64,000 nucleotides of DNA from the human T2T-CHM13v2.0 reference genome, Homo sapiens. The position numbers and the translations under genes were made by a program. Location: assembly GCF_009914755.1 (NCBI RefSeq), contig NC_060926.1. The stretch is one strand, 5' to 3'. Below the pieces are notes generated by a model. The model searched no databases. It saw nothing but the letters and a program-made list of their open reading frames with translations, and was not told the DNA's origin. Below, in pieces: positions 41,083 to 55,700 of this stretch (positions are counted from its first letter, which is position 1; each line of letters opens with the position of its first letter).

Positions 41083-41386
41083 TTTTGCTGTTGTTATTAT
41101 TTTGAGACAGAGTCTCATTCTAGCCTAGGCTGGAGTGTGGTGGCAAGATCATAGTTCACTGCAGCCTTGATCTCCAGGCTCAAGCAATCCTTCCGTGTCA
41201 GCCTCTGGAGCAGCTAGGACTACAGGTGTCCACCACCATGTCAGGATATTTATTTATTTATTTTTTAAGTAGAGATGGGATCTCCCTATGTTGCCCAGGT
41301 TGGTCTCAAACTCCTGAGTTCAAGTGATCTGCTTGCCTTGGCCTTCCAAAATGCTGTGATTACAGGTGTGAGCCACTGAGCTGGCC
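41083..41386 (-). mobile_element. AluJ (Jo/Jr-like)
   Basis: gagacagagtctc...gatcatagttcactgcagccttga...ggctcaagcaatcc...ctatgttgcccaggttggtctcaaactcctg. Confidence 0.9.
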
Positions 41387-41579
41387 TGGACTAAATTTAA
41401 ATTTAAACTTACACTAAGTATAGTTAGAAATTAGTTTAGAAATAAGGTTAAATACTCCCTTTGTTTTGCTTGAATATAGGAAATATTTTAATGTCCTTTT
41501 TGTAACCATTCAGTTAGGCTTTTTACTTTTCATTATTTTAAGTTGGTAGATTTTGAAAATAACTTTTTGTGGGAGATAA

Positions 41580-42065
<486 letters not shown>

Positions 42066-42223
42066 ATAAACATTGTTAATACTTACCTTGCATAAAGCTA
42101 TTAATATGTGGCACAAACCTTACATTTTCTAAACAGGCCTCAATGCTTTGTACTTTTCAAATCTTTCCCACCTGCTCACTGATACTTAAAAATCCATGTA
42201 TGTGAGTTTCAGCTCTACAAAGG

Positions 42224-42585
42224 TGATATGGTTTGGCTGTGTCCCCACCCTAATCTCATCTCGAATTGTAATCCCAATGTGTCAAGGGAGGGACCTGCTG
42301 GGAGATGGTTGTATCATGGGAATGGTTTCCCTCTTGCTGTTCTCTAGATAGTGAGGGAGTTCTCACAAGATCCGATGGTTTTTAAAGTGGTAGTTTACCC
42401 TGTGCGGTCTCTCTCCTGCCACCTTGTGAAGAAGGTATTTTCTTCCCCTTTGCCTTTTGCCATGATTTTAAGTTTCCTGAGGCCGCCCCAAACATGCGGA
42501 ACTGTGAGTCAATTAAAGCTCTTTTGTTTATAAATTACCCAGTCTCAGGGAGCTCTTTGTAGCAGTGTGAAAACAGACCAGTACA
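42224..42585 (+). mobile_element. THE1 (THE1C/D-like) MaLR solo LTR with TSD
   Basis: tgatatggtttggctgtgtccccacc...gaactgtgagtcaattaaa...ataaattacccagtctcagg...aaaacagaccagtaca. 5-bp TSD aaagg at 42219-42223 and 42586-42590. Confidence 0.93.
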
Positions 42586-43724
42586 AAAGGTAACAACTAG
42601 CTCTGAAAAAAAGTAAACCTTTTTCTATTATTTATTTACAGCTTTGTGAATAATAGATCAAAGGAAGGGATTTACGGAGATGGGGGCAATCATGAAGGTG
42701 TAGCACAGATAAAAAGACTGAATAGTAAAAATAAAGGAGTTTGGAGTACTAGAGGCCCACCCTTTATGATTTTGTCAAGAATCTCCTTCCCTAGTATTCT
42801 CCAGAATCAAAGCCATGGAGTAAATGAACTTCATCTCCTTTTATTTCAACTGTATCATCAAATAAGTCTCTAAAATGGATGAAAGTCCTCTAGAAAATAA
42901 AAAGATAGTGAGACAGTGATTTTCCTAGGCTGGTTACTTTTTTTGTAGATGTATATCAAAACCCTAAATTATCAATTGAGAAGAGCTTCTTTATTAGTTT
43001 ATGTGATGGGGGACAGAGGTCTTAGGTAGGTGGACCTGTGTTATTTCAATAGCTATGAAATATGACGAAAAGTTCAATGGGTTTCCCAAACATAACCATA
43101 AGAAACACAGATAATTAAGTTCTTCTCTACAGTAGACACCTCATGAGAATTTAAGTGAAATCTCATCAAAGTAATTATTAGTTTATTAAAAAGAAGAGGC
43201 CTAATGTAACATTTTAATATTAACAGAAAATTAGAAGAGGTAACCGTAAGGACCCAAAGGAATATAAATTAAACCTCATGTTTTCAGAAGCGACATAAAT
43301 GCACATATTTTCCCACATTATACCAATGCTTGTTCATTTTTCCATAATAAAGAAATTACTGAGAAACAGTGTAATTTAACAACGCACATATTAATTTTAA
43401 GTCACATTACCAGGCTATGAATTAGAGTGTTATGATCAAATTTTGTGGGTACTTTAATTACTATGTTATATTTAGTTAAAATAAGAACATAGAAGACAAT
43501 CAAAAAGAAAAAAAATCAAATCTTCTGAAATTGACCACTTCTAGGTAATAGCTGCTATCGCATTTTCATATGTTCTTGCAGACTATTCTATATAGAAAAA
43601 ATATATATAAATTATCAGGGATTTTAAAAATAATATATATTGTTCTGTATATTCCCATTTTACTTAAATATTTTAAATTTACCTTCATATTGGTAAATAC
43701 AGTTCTATATAATACATTTAATAA

Positions 43725-44073
<349 letters not shown>

Positions 44074-44915
44074 AGAAGTTTTAAAAAATAGGTAATAGGT
44101 AAAATTAAAAGTTATAATAACTCTGAAAGTAATCTTCAGTCAGTTGTCTCACTTTAAAAATAAATTACTAATTGAGTAAAAGTGAGATTTTTCAAAAGAA
44201 TTTATTTATAGAATGTTTATGCACTTAGACAAATTGCCCTCCAAATATAGAGTCAAAATTTACCTTGCATCATTACTTTTATCTCAAACCTACATTTATT
44301 TTTTAAAATCTTTATCAGTCCAAGAGATTCTGTCATTTTAAATATCCGCGTTTCTGTCAACCTGAAACATTTTCGTCTTGCTTTGTGATCATTTTTAAGG
44401 ACAGGCAAATTTTGAGAGATCCAATTGATGAGAGATGCTAGGAAAAATTCTATGAGACCCAACCATCCTTGTGCCTGTCATATAAATAATCTTTTGTTTT
44501 TGAGAAAATTTAGATTTTAAATAAGATGTCACCTCATTCTTAAAGTGTATTCTTAAAATACAGTATACTTCTCAGAAAGATAGCTTCAGAGCTGCCCTGA
44601 GGCAGCTACATATGCAATTTCATAGACAGAAGTTCTTTTGTTGAATTATCCTCCTAAATGCTCTTTTAATGTGTGGCTGGCTAATTTTTAGAAATATCTT
44701 TGCCCTTTTACTTCTGAAATAAATGTCTAATAGAGTTTTACAAAATGTTTGAATGTGAATTTTTTTATGAGTAACATACTCTATCCTGTAAACCTTTATG
44801 TTTTTTAAATAGGAGGGGAAGTCAAAATACTTCCTCTGTTTGGGGGCATCCCAGCCCTAGTTCTGTCTGCCCAGCCTTCATTATGAGGCCACTTATAAGA
44901 CCTTAGGTATGATCT

Positions 44916-45547
44916 TTCTCCTGTGACTAATGTCAAGCAGGAGAAATTCTACATGAGGAATCCAGAGAGTTGACATCAGACTACTCCTTCAACAGATGGT
45001 GGAACATTATATAGCCAGTATTTAGATATTGTTTGAGCATCAACTTTGATGGGAAATGAGTGTTTTCTCCATTTGACACTTTGAAATTTCCACTGCATCA
45101 AAATTAATCTATTTAAGTTTAATCTAATTTAGGTACAGGAGGCACAGCAAATTTTGGCATATCCTAAAGATAGAATTCATTTTATATTCATCATACTTTC
45201 TTTAAAAATCCACATACACAAATACACAGTAAATATTGCTATAAAGTATATATATACTTTATCTACATATCTATATATACACCTATGTCTTTACGTATAA
45301 TATTTAGACATATATTTATATACCCTTCTCATATGACTAATGCCACACAGAAGAAATTCTACATGAGGAATCCAGAGAATTGACAACAGAAGACTGCCCC
45401 TTCAACAGGCAGTGCAACATTATATAGCCAGTATTTAGATATTGTTTGAGCATCAACTTTGATGGGAAATGAAAGGAGTGTTTTCTTCATTTGACACTTT
45501 GAAATTTCCACTGCATCAAAATTAATCTATTTAAGCATAATCTAATT
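44916..45547. repeat. Local direct duplication: ~215-bp copies at ~44916-45129 and ~45326-45547 with a ~195-bp spacer
   Basis: tgactaatg...agaaattctacatgaggaatccagaga...aacattatatagccagtatttagatattgtttgagcatcaactttgatgggaaatg...atttgacactttgaaatttccactgcatcaaaattaatctatttaag is present twice. Confidence 0.95.
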
Positions 45548-46289
45548 CATTATATGCATTTTTTTTTGTTTCTTAAGGATATTTAATGTTTATTTGATCT
45601 GGAACGATAAACATAATTATGTTAATATTATTGTGTATCTTAGACATCTTCAATACACATTTTTTTATTAATTATGGTAAAATTATGAAAAGCTACCAAG
45701 GAAACACATTTCTCTATCATTATTTAAATGACAGCAGTGTGGTAATTCAATTTAAACATTCAAATATTTAAATAAAGTAATTTTAAATTTTTTGATGGGC
45801 AGGTAGAATATAACAAATAATGGGAAGTTCAACCTAACTGTAAAATTTCACTCAATATTAAAAAATACAGAAACTAAAGGGATGGAGGATAGATGTTACG
45901 AGAATAGATATTTCTATAAAGAACGGAGAAAAGATGAATAAGTAATATTCTCAAGCGAGTTGACTCAGGGTGCTTCCTAAAATCATCATATCCTTTGCAG
46001 GAGTTTCTATCTTTTCTGTCGTTTAAGTGGGTTTTTCATAAGTTACATCGTGCTGGTTTCACAAGATGCCTTCAATCTAGTCAAAGCTGATTGGATCAGG
46101 GATAGGCACATGACCCAAGGCAGCCAATGATGTGGTCTAATACAAAAACTCTGCCCCATAGGGATGACAGTAAATCATCAGTAGGATCTGGTACTCTTCC
46201 CTGTTATGGGAAGTTAACTGGTTAATCGGAATAATAAAAAGGGACTTTAAAAATCAATAACTGGGATAAAAGCTATGAAATTAAAAAAA

Positions 46290-46530
46290 AATTATAGGGT
46301 AGATTTGGAATCAAATGGTAAGAGCGTTGATTCAGTTATTTGCTAATTGTATCATCTCGGTCCAGCCACTGAACTTTGCTCCCTTCCAGTTGCCTAACTG
46401 GGAACTGGGGAAATAACAGTTACTAGCACATATAATTTTTGCAAAAACTGTAGAATAAGATATATAAAGGACCTAATATTACTATCAAGCGAGAGTAAGA
46501 CATCGTTATATGTTAGCTATTTATATTATT
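46290..46530 (+). mobile_element. MIR (degraded)
   Basis: agatttggaatcaaat...cactgaactttgctcccttccagttgcctaactgggaactggggaaataacagttac...tatatgttagctatt. Confidence 0.5.
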
Positions 46531-49029
46531 ACTAAAATTTATATTAGTACTAGATATCTAGCGAGTTTTTGTCCTCAATTTCTAGTCTCTGAGTTAACAA
46601 GACAGTTTGAACACTTCTGTGTTTCCACCAAATGTACTTTTATAATTGTTCCTGGATACTTGTAAGGCCTAGCTGCAAAATAAGATTTTTATTTCTCTCA
46701 TTTCCACATGAACTTGAGCTAACTCAAGTGAGTAAAAAACTCTTTCTTGTTCTAAAGAGCGTATAACTAACGCAAATATGAATTACAGGAAAAAATATTT
46801 AAGGATGAGATTTTCCAAAAAAAAATTCTGCTGCTCCTATTCTGATTCTCTGACAAGGGACAAATTTGTGTCTAGCAGCATATTTTGTTCCTTTGCTTCT
46901 GATTTGAAGATGGAAGTTGACTCAGAGATATTTAAAGTTTTTCTTAGCATGCTGATATTTGAAGATGAAAAATCTGGTGGATAATTGTCTTCAGTGTTTT
47001 ACTTTTGTAATGGATAAGTGGCAAGTTTGAGATTTCTGGACTCTAAAACAAGAAGGAACAGAGGGAAAGTCTGAACACCTCGTATTTTTTTTCAGTGGCT
47101 TTATCTGTTATATGTTCTCCACCTCCCCCAATAGGATTTGGATCATATACATGTCCCGTTTTGAATCTTCTTTTTTACTTAGCTGAAACTATCTTCAACG
47201 AAGTCTTAAATACCTTTTATAAGATTATGTTCAGTGCATGAATATCCTTTATTATGCCTCAACTAAATATTCAAGATTTCCACCCAGTTTGATTGCAGAC
47301 ATTTTCTGTAGCTTCAAAGATTTAGAATAAAGGCATGAGGAAAAGTGTATAATTTTAGATGGTTTGGGGGTTTTGTCAAATGTTGGGAAGTGTGTGGAAA
47401 TGCCCCTAACAAAAAAGAATGAAAATGACACCACTGACAAAAGCAGCAAAATATTAGGTAATTATGTGCAGAGAAGACTAAAAGTAAACAGTTTTAAATA
47501 AAATCTATTTTACTTATATCTCATTCATTAAAATCATATTATATGCTTAATTGATATCATAGTAAGTGCTCCTTCTCTAATAAAAACTGTAACCTTAGAA
47601 ATTTCTCCTTAAGCAGACTACTTATAGAAGAAAATAGAATAAAAATACAGCATTTGGTAACAGGACTCACTCCCAGTGGCTATCTAACATTTCTGGCAGC
47701 CTGCATTATATATGCCTTGCCTGATTTCTACAGTTTCTAACCTCATCACCTCCCACCTTTCTTATTTACTATACGAAGCAATTTTTAGCATTTGAGAAAC
47801 CTAAAAGTAAATTGAATGTATGAAATAATATCTAAACCCTGGAATAGATAAATCATCTCCCCTTCTCTCAGCATATCACTCAACACAGAACACATTCCAA
47901 GATTCCTTATAAATACATATAGAAATAAAGTATTTTTATCATCTATTTAAAAATATTTATTTCAGCAACTTGCAGTGACAAATAAAACTAAGTGTTTCTT
48001 TTACCTTACTCCTACCAGTGCCTGAAATAGCTCTTTCAGTGGGACAGTCTATAATTTAAGTCTAGCTAACACCTGCACTAGTGATTCATTAGTTTAAATA
48101 AGGAAAAAAAATGTAAACTCAGTGGATTTTTATATTTACATAAATTTTAAAATCAAGAATTTAATACATTTGACCTCCTGAAAGTTTGGTGTAACTGAAA
48201 ACCAAAAGGAAAACTGTAAGAGGACAAGACACTGGGTCCCAAACTGATCTCTGATGCTTTCTCCTGAACAAGTGACTCCAAGAATTTGGTCCTGATTTAC
48301 ATCATCTAGAAAACTAAGCATAGCTAAGTGCATCTTAAAAATTCTCCTGGTGCTCATGTAGTTTGAATACTGTGCTATTGAATACTGTGCTATGTAGACA
48401 TATACATGGAATGAATATTAAAAGTTTGACACTTTTCTTATGAAATTCCCTTTAGTGAAAATTTACTAGATTAGCTTTATTTAAATGCATTAATTTCATT
48501 ACTTAATAGCCTTATCTTGCCTTTGAGCAACTTACTTTCACCTACTTCATTTATCCATCTTTGCTCTCCAAGTAATTGTTGTTAATTTCTAAAAAAAATA
48601 ATTTTCACATCCAAGGACTAAAAGTAGTCACTTTATATATATAAAATAATATGAATATACATTATACTTCAGCAAATTTAACTTTAAAATAAGATGACAA
48701 AAGTTCTTAACTTGATTTTCAGATCTTTGTTGTAGACATAGATTCTGTACCTTCTGTTTAGATCATTCTTCTCTCATTTTCTTATACCAAATCTATGTTA
48801 TGTCTCCATTTAAAAGTCAGTTCTGGGAGATCTGACTTTGTGTTTTTCAATAGCTCTCTGTATTTCTGTTCTCACAATTCAAATCATGGTTTACTCTCAC
48901 ACATTTTTCAATTGTCTACCTTTTTTCCTAGAACATAAGCCTAAATGAAGGTAGGAACTATGTCTTTTTCATCATTCTATACTGAATATATAAAACTCAT
49001 TAAGTTTTGGAATAAAGAAGCTGAAATAA

Positions 49030-49230
49030 TAATTAAAACATTGGAATCAGACATTTGGGGCATTTTTATGGCTCCAGTAAATTATTTAAATTTTCCAAAT
49101 ATCAGTTTTTGTCAGGTATAAAATAGGAATAGCATGCTTTGTTGTTGTGTTGAGAAAATCATATAGTATTATATACAAATTATTATAGTCTGTGGCATGC
49201 ACAGTGGGGGCGCTCAAAAAATATTATTAT
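49030..49230 (+). mobile_element. MIR (degraded)
   Basis: ttggaatcagacatttggg...tcagtttttgtcaggtataaaataggaatagc...tggcatgcacagtgggggcgctcaaaaa. Confidence 0.5.
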
Positions 49231-49730
49231 TTCAGAACAAAAAATTGGGCTTTCTCTTCAGTTCTTTAAATCATATTAACTTTGATTAGCTAAAAACAGC
49301 ACCAGTGGTTTCATTGCTCAAGCCTCACTGTTCAAGGAATCCTAACTTTTCTCGTTTTTTTCTCTAGTTCAATGCCTTTCTACACTGGAAATTCTGGTCA
49401 ATGGTCACTCTAATAGTACTGGAGCCTTGACCAATGGTAAATACCTAGTCTACATTTACACTGTAATATTCTTTTCTCATTCTCATATGTCTTTCTAGTC
49501 TTGACCAGGATTTTCATTTTCACATTCTTTATACAAGAAATAATAGCCTTTGCTGAGAATACAGTTGGAATGACTATCACTCAATTTTTAAAAAATCTTT
49601 CTTCTCTGGTTCATTTATTTTTTTTTTCTTAAGAACTGATCCATTTGTACAATTACGGTTTCTTCAATCAAATTCAGACATTAGAATTGACCTTGAAAAT
49701 TGGTCTACTTGGTGGGCAATAATTATCCTA

Positions 49731-49736
49731 TCTCTT

Positions 49737-49778
<42 letters not shown>
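49731..49778. repeat. (CT)n/(AC)15 microsatellite
   Basis: Read directly. Confidence 0.95.
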
Positions 49779-49781
<3 letters not shown>

Positions 49782-51189
49782 TTGTTAAGTGAACAGAACA
49801 AATGAACAAAGAAGTAGGCAGAAATAGTAGTATATAAATTGAGGTAAATGAACTACAATATCATCTTTCACAAACATACCTATTTTCTCTGGTTCAAATT
49901 GTCTTTAGGCGAGCTCGAAAAATTTGTACTATTAACAAAGTTGAAATTATTCTGATGAACATTTTGACTATGCATTCAAATAGTTCAGTCATTCTGTGGC
50001 CACCAGCTTCCTAAGCAGAATCACAGTCACAGAGGCATTCTAATGCTGTGGAAAAGAATCCTCAGTCTAATTTTCAAAAACTTATTGGATGTAAATAATA
50101 ATTAAGATATAAGTTATACATCAGCTACCAAGAATTGTTTTTTGTTCTAACTCCATGAAACCAAGTCAACCTTGTCAAATATTTACAAGTCAAGCATTTA
50201 CAGTTAAGATTGTAGAAATGAAGTCTCAATTATTTGTTCAAACTAAAACTCTATTTGTTTCACAAAATGAAGCAGGTATATTCTAAAAGTTGTATCTTTT
50301 ATTTAACTACTCACAGAACAAAATACCACATTATTTTTTCATTATTTCAAAGTTCTACCTCAAATTCTACATATTTTATTTTTGTTACTAACACTATTTT
50401 TCATTTCAATTGCCTGTCTTTATATACAGGCAGCAATTTTCTCCCTAAGAGGAAAATATGATATTTGGAAATAAAAGCAAGGAATATTGTACTAAGATAC
50501 CTAGTATTACAGTTTTTAGAATGAGATTTCTTATTATTTCTCATGTAATTGCAGTTAAATCAACTGAATTAATTTCACTAAAATAAATTTTAAAATAATT
50601 TAATAAATAGCTAATTTCTTAGTAGATTCTACAACATAAAGTATATAATTTCTTCCTCTCTAAACGTATTAAATGTTTTGATAAACTATAAGAGACATCA
50701 GGCTGTAAATTAATCCCACCATTTAAACTTGGTAAGAAAAAAGATTTGTCTGACTTAGAGTGTATTATTAATTTCACATCTATTCTTTGTCATTGTATTC
50801 TCATCAATAACACAGGAATATTAGGACTTGAATGTACTTGGGGCTCATGAGGAATTAATTCCAAATGCAATATGAATATTGCAGGGAAAAGATTTCAAAA
50901 ATATTTCAGAGTAAAACAGTGACAGAGTGACAGGAATAGTATATTCATTAATTAATAAACATTTGTAGAGCTTCTTGAAGTCCTGCCCCAAGTTCATCCA
51001 AACATGAGTAACCTCAAGACAATAACAATTTAGCAATGAGATTAAGCATAAATTAAAATTACAATGCACATTGCCAAGAGCGAGTCATTAGCCTAGAAAT
51101 GATGCTGTCATATCTCCAGCTCCTAACTCACAAAAAACATTCAATAAGTAGCCAACGGAAAAAAAAATAAATTGATGGTTGTTTTATTA

Positions 51190-52470
51190 GAAGTATGTAC
51201 AAAAGGCTAAAGGAATAGAGATGAGGGCACCTTTCCTTTCTTTCAAGGGTAGAAAAAGGCAAAATGAGAAAAGGAAAGGCCTAAGAAAGAACATCTTTGA
51301 GTGGGGTTTGAAGGATGAAGATGGATTTCCTAGGGATAGGAGGGAATGATGGAAGAGGCAAAACTTACCACTTGAAGAGGATTAGGAAAAGTAAAGGGCA
51401 TTGCAGAAAGAAGAAACAGTATACACAAAGGCACTTAGAGAAAAACTGAGCAATCTCTCCAGTGAGTATTTCAAAACTACGTGATTATAGGCGTGCCTGG
51501 TAGGGAGTTCAAAACTGAGGATGGACACTGATGGTACTGTTATGTTTTGAAGGGCTGCATTTGGTATGCTCACGTTTTCGACTTTATTTCACCAGTTGAA
51601 GGAAGACACTGAATATTTTAAAATGGGTTTAAAACAATGTTTTAAAGAAGCAGCATCTGGCTATGCTACAGAACTTAATGAACACTTCGGAGAATTATGC
51701 AGAAATAGAAAATATTGACAAAAGCAGGCAGACTAATTAAGAAGGTATTACAATACCTTCTCAGCCATATAACGAAGAGAACCTAAACTCAAACTGTGAA
51801 AAGAAAGGAGAGATAGAAACAAAGTGGCTATTTCAGAGGTAAAACTGATGGGACCAGATAAAGCAGTAAAAAAACTTTGCAGGAAATGAAGCTGTTTCTG
51901 GTGCAGGTGTTTTTCTGAGTGGAGGTACCATTGAATAAGGTAGGTAGGGTAAATAAAATTTCAGTTGGAAAGCTAACGAGTTCTGTTTTGAGCATATGTT
52001 ATTGAAGGCAATGATATGAGATTCTGAGATTGATGTCCAAAAGCAGCTAGAAATGTGGTTCCAGGACAAAGGCAGGTGGACAGGGCCACTATGGTGCTAT
52101 CAAGTGTCCAGTTTCACAGAGTGGGTAAGAAGGATTGGGATCAGAAGTTGCACAGTTGGAAAGGAAATAACTGGAAAACTTTTCAGTGACTACGATGAAG
52201 AAAAAAGAAAAACTTTACAGTACCCTGAGAAAGTGAACTCAAGAAGCAATGTAGAATGATAGTTCCATAATCAAACAAAAAAGTGCAGAGTGAATAAGAC
52301 AGGTGGAAGGTGAAAGGGATGTATTTACTTGTGATATTTGTGGATTTTTGCAGAAGATACACAAGAAAAAAGACCTTAGACTTAGGATATAAAGTCAAGG
52401 ATGTGTAAAGATCAATTGATATTGTATAGAGGAATCTCATAAGAGAGTGAATAAATAGAAACAATGTTAC
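51190..52470 (-). mobile_element. L2 fragments
   Basis: ctttgagtggggtttgaaggatgaag, gagttctgttttgagcatatgttattgaagg...gatgtccaaaagcagctagaaatgtgg and similar purine-rich antisense L2 motifs. Confidence 0.55.
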
Positions 52471-55029
52471 CATATTATTTCTTTAATCAGTTCATAAAAA
52501 ATGTTTCTGATTATCTACATGATGAGTCAAAGCAATGTACACATTAAGTGGGGTCAGCAAAATATATTAACTTTGGAATAACATTTGTGTATTAACTGAA
52601 CTTGTGGGACACAAAATTATTGATTTTCCAGGGTTGGTTGACCTGTACTGATCTAAATCACTCATCTTTTATAGGTCCAGGATGGAAATACTTGTGTGAG
52701 AGTCAGCCAGGCAGTAAACACAGAGCAGTGTTATCACTGGTAAATCACATCATCTAGCCCGAATCAGTTCCACTATCACCCTGTCAACTCCAGTGTGGAC
52801 AAAGGGCTTTCCAAATATTCTGCATAATATTCTCATGGATTTGCATAGAGATTCTTCACCCAAATGAAAGACACTCAATCATATTAATGACTGTCAGAAG
52901 GTGGTGGTGGGGGGAGGGGAGGGAAGGTGGCATTTAATATATAATTGAAAAAAAATTGCCTAGAAAGCAAGAAAAAGATATAAATAGAAGAGAGGTTGAA
53001 TAAGTGAAGCAGTATAACATAATTTATGGTATAGGGATTAAAGTCTGTTACTTCAGTTCTATAGCTAAGCATTTTATTTACCTCATCTTTTGCAGTCATA
53101 TTTTACAGAAGCTTATTTTTTAAAACAAATTTAGGACATTACTGAAAGAAAGCTGAGATTTATTAATTCAAAAACAAAATGTATTACATGGCTATAAAGT
53201 GGTAAGTAGTGAGGTATACACACACACACACACAGACATATATATTTAAAAACAAATTTGGTCATAACATATATAATATGAATATACATGTACATATAGA
53301 TCTAAATGTATGATGATTCCTCAGTTGATAAATTATTGTCTAAATGATTACATTTTAAGGAAAAAACTATAAACATTTTAATATCTGATATGTAATGATT
53401 ACAAAACAGAAATAGAAGGAATGAATAATTTGCTTGATATGGATTCTTCAGGACACATATAAACAAAATGGAACAAATCCTACACATGTGCTGCCAAATC
53501 TGTGCCTAACAGATGTGTATGTCTTGTAAAAAGAGAACCCTCTATTTTAATTTACCTGTTTGGGAAATTAGAATGTCTTAAAACTGATGGCAACTTCAAT
53601 TCAAATATTTGTGAGGATTAGTCAAAATATTACAGCCACTATTGTGCAAACTCACAGTAATATAATTTATAATTTATTAGGATGATTAAATGTAGCATTA
53701 AAAATTCAAGTGTCAACCTATTTGGAGATACTTACATAGATTAATTGTTATTTTTTCTGATTAAAAGTATTTTGCTTTTCCACCATATAAAAATATGGAT
53801 ATGATACATCTATGATAAATACATTTCTAAAAACTTATTTCCTCTGACTATCCTATTTTTTTTCTCTTTTATTCCTAAGACTGCCCAGTGTTTTATTTTT
53901 TCAAATCCTTCCTCTAAGCAGAATCAAACAGCTGCTAGAGATAAAAAGAGCATCACCGGCAAATATTAAAACTGTCACTTGATGGAAGCTGGGGATCACC
54001 ATTAGGCCTTCAAGCAATAACCTGCAGTGTAATTTTGTAACACATATATCAATTAATTTTGTATTACTGTCACACACTCTAACTGCTAACAGTATTTCTT
54101 TATGCTGCTATCTTAATTGCAATATATTTGTGCGGAACATGAATATCTCAAGATCAAAATACATCTTGTTAGAAAAATATCTAAGCCGTTTGGTGAAATT
54201 TATTAAAAATGTATAAATCTAACAGTAGGTAATTTTTGGTCTTATTTAAAAATAATCTTAAAAATTAGCAATGCAGATTTTCCATATCTTTAGATCCTAT
54301 GACAAAGTAATTTTTTTTCTAATTGGAACATTTAAGGATATAATTTGTACTTTGTGATTTTCTTTAAAACAATTAAGTTTATATGTGTAAATACAAAAAT
54401 AAAAGATATGGTGCTTGGGTTTTCAACAACTCCTTATTTTGGTGAGATGGAGGTGTTAGAGGGTTAATCCAGAAAAATGGGATTATAACTGAGTCTATTA
54501 TTATTCAGTCCAGCAGGTATGCAGGGCTAGGAAAGGCAACTGACATTAGAATGAGTAGAACATTTGGGGAACATCATAAGGATATAGACTATCAGGGAAA
54601 GATAGTACAGTTCTGCCAGTTCTAAGACCACTAAGAAATAGTAAGGAGAGAGTCATCAAAGGGGTTTTTATAAAAGTTGCCATCGAAGGGTAAGACATTA
54701 AAATTCACAGTGATGGCCTTTAAGAAGATGCTTTTTCTTTTCTGAATGTCACTTTTTTAACCTTTATTAATATATGGGTTTACACCAAATTAGAGGATTT
54801 TTCTTATCCTCGAACTCATTCCATTTTTCTATAAATCCTGGGAAGCATGATGCAAATTTTGTGCCTGTACAATGAGAAGTTATGATGAAAAAATCTTCAG
54901 CTTTCATTGTAATCTTAAGGGTATCCTTGACCTTATAAAAGGCTAGAAGCACTAATTGATTATCTTTACATTTCACCCATATATTCTATAATAATATGGC
55001 TTTTGTAGTCATAAACTGAATAAGCCTGC

Positions 55030-55700
55030 AAGACTGAAAGTTCTTTGGAGAAACTGGATTTACCTGCTTCATCTCAGTATCTACCAAAGCATCTAATGCC
55101 ATGTGTAGTACATAGTAAAGGAAATCTAATGAATGCTGCTTGAATCAATCAATGAATAAATAAATGAATGGAAATAAAGGACTAGGTAGATGAATAGATA
55201 TTTTTGTGTGTAGTATAGACTATTAAACTTCACCAACACATTAACCTAAATGTTCTTCATTTAAAATGCAGCTAAGAAATAAGTTATTTTCCATCAAACT
55301 CCCAGAGAAATATCTACAGTGTTTATGTAATTGATATGGTGAAAAAATGTATGTCATGTTGTTGCAAATACAGTCAAGGAAAACTAGAACAGAGAGTATA
55401 CACTAGGAGAATAGGAGTAAACGTGGAGCCGGGTAGGGTCCCGTGGGTTTAGCAAAACACAGAGTAGCTTGTTAACCCACAATCTCTTATCTCATATTTA
55501 TTCACTAAACACATTTATTGGGTACCTACTGTCTGCCAAATAGATCTTAAGCTAGAAGTGGGGGATGCAGAAATACAAAGCTATAATAATCTATAACGTA
55601 AGCTATCTCACAGTCTCATGAAGACATAGACATGACAACCAACAAATAAAATTAACAAGGAAGGTTTGAACAAAATGCAGTGTGAATAAAGTAGCACCAA
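55030..55700. mobile_element. Two L2 3'-end fragments in opposite orientation (+ ~55030-55170; - ~55490-55700)
   Basis: atctaatgccatgtgtagtacatagtaaagg...gaatcaatcaatgaataaataaatgaatg, and tttattcactaaacacatttattgggtacctactgtctgcc. Confidence 0.5.

Noticed and set aside
49198-49215. GGGGGCGC as a possible CTCF site
   Set aside because: The 5' half of the core does not match, and it lies in a MIR tail.
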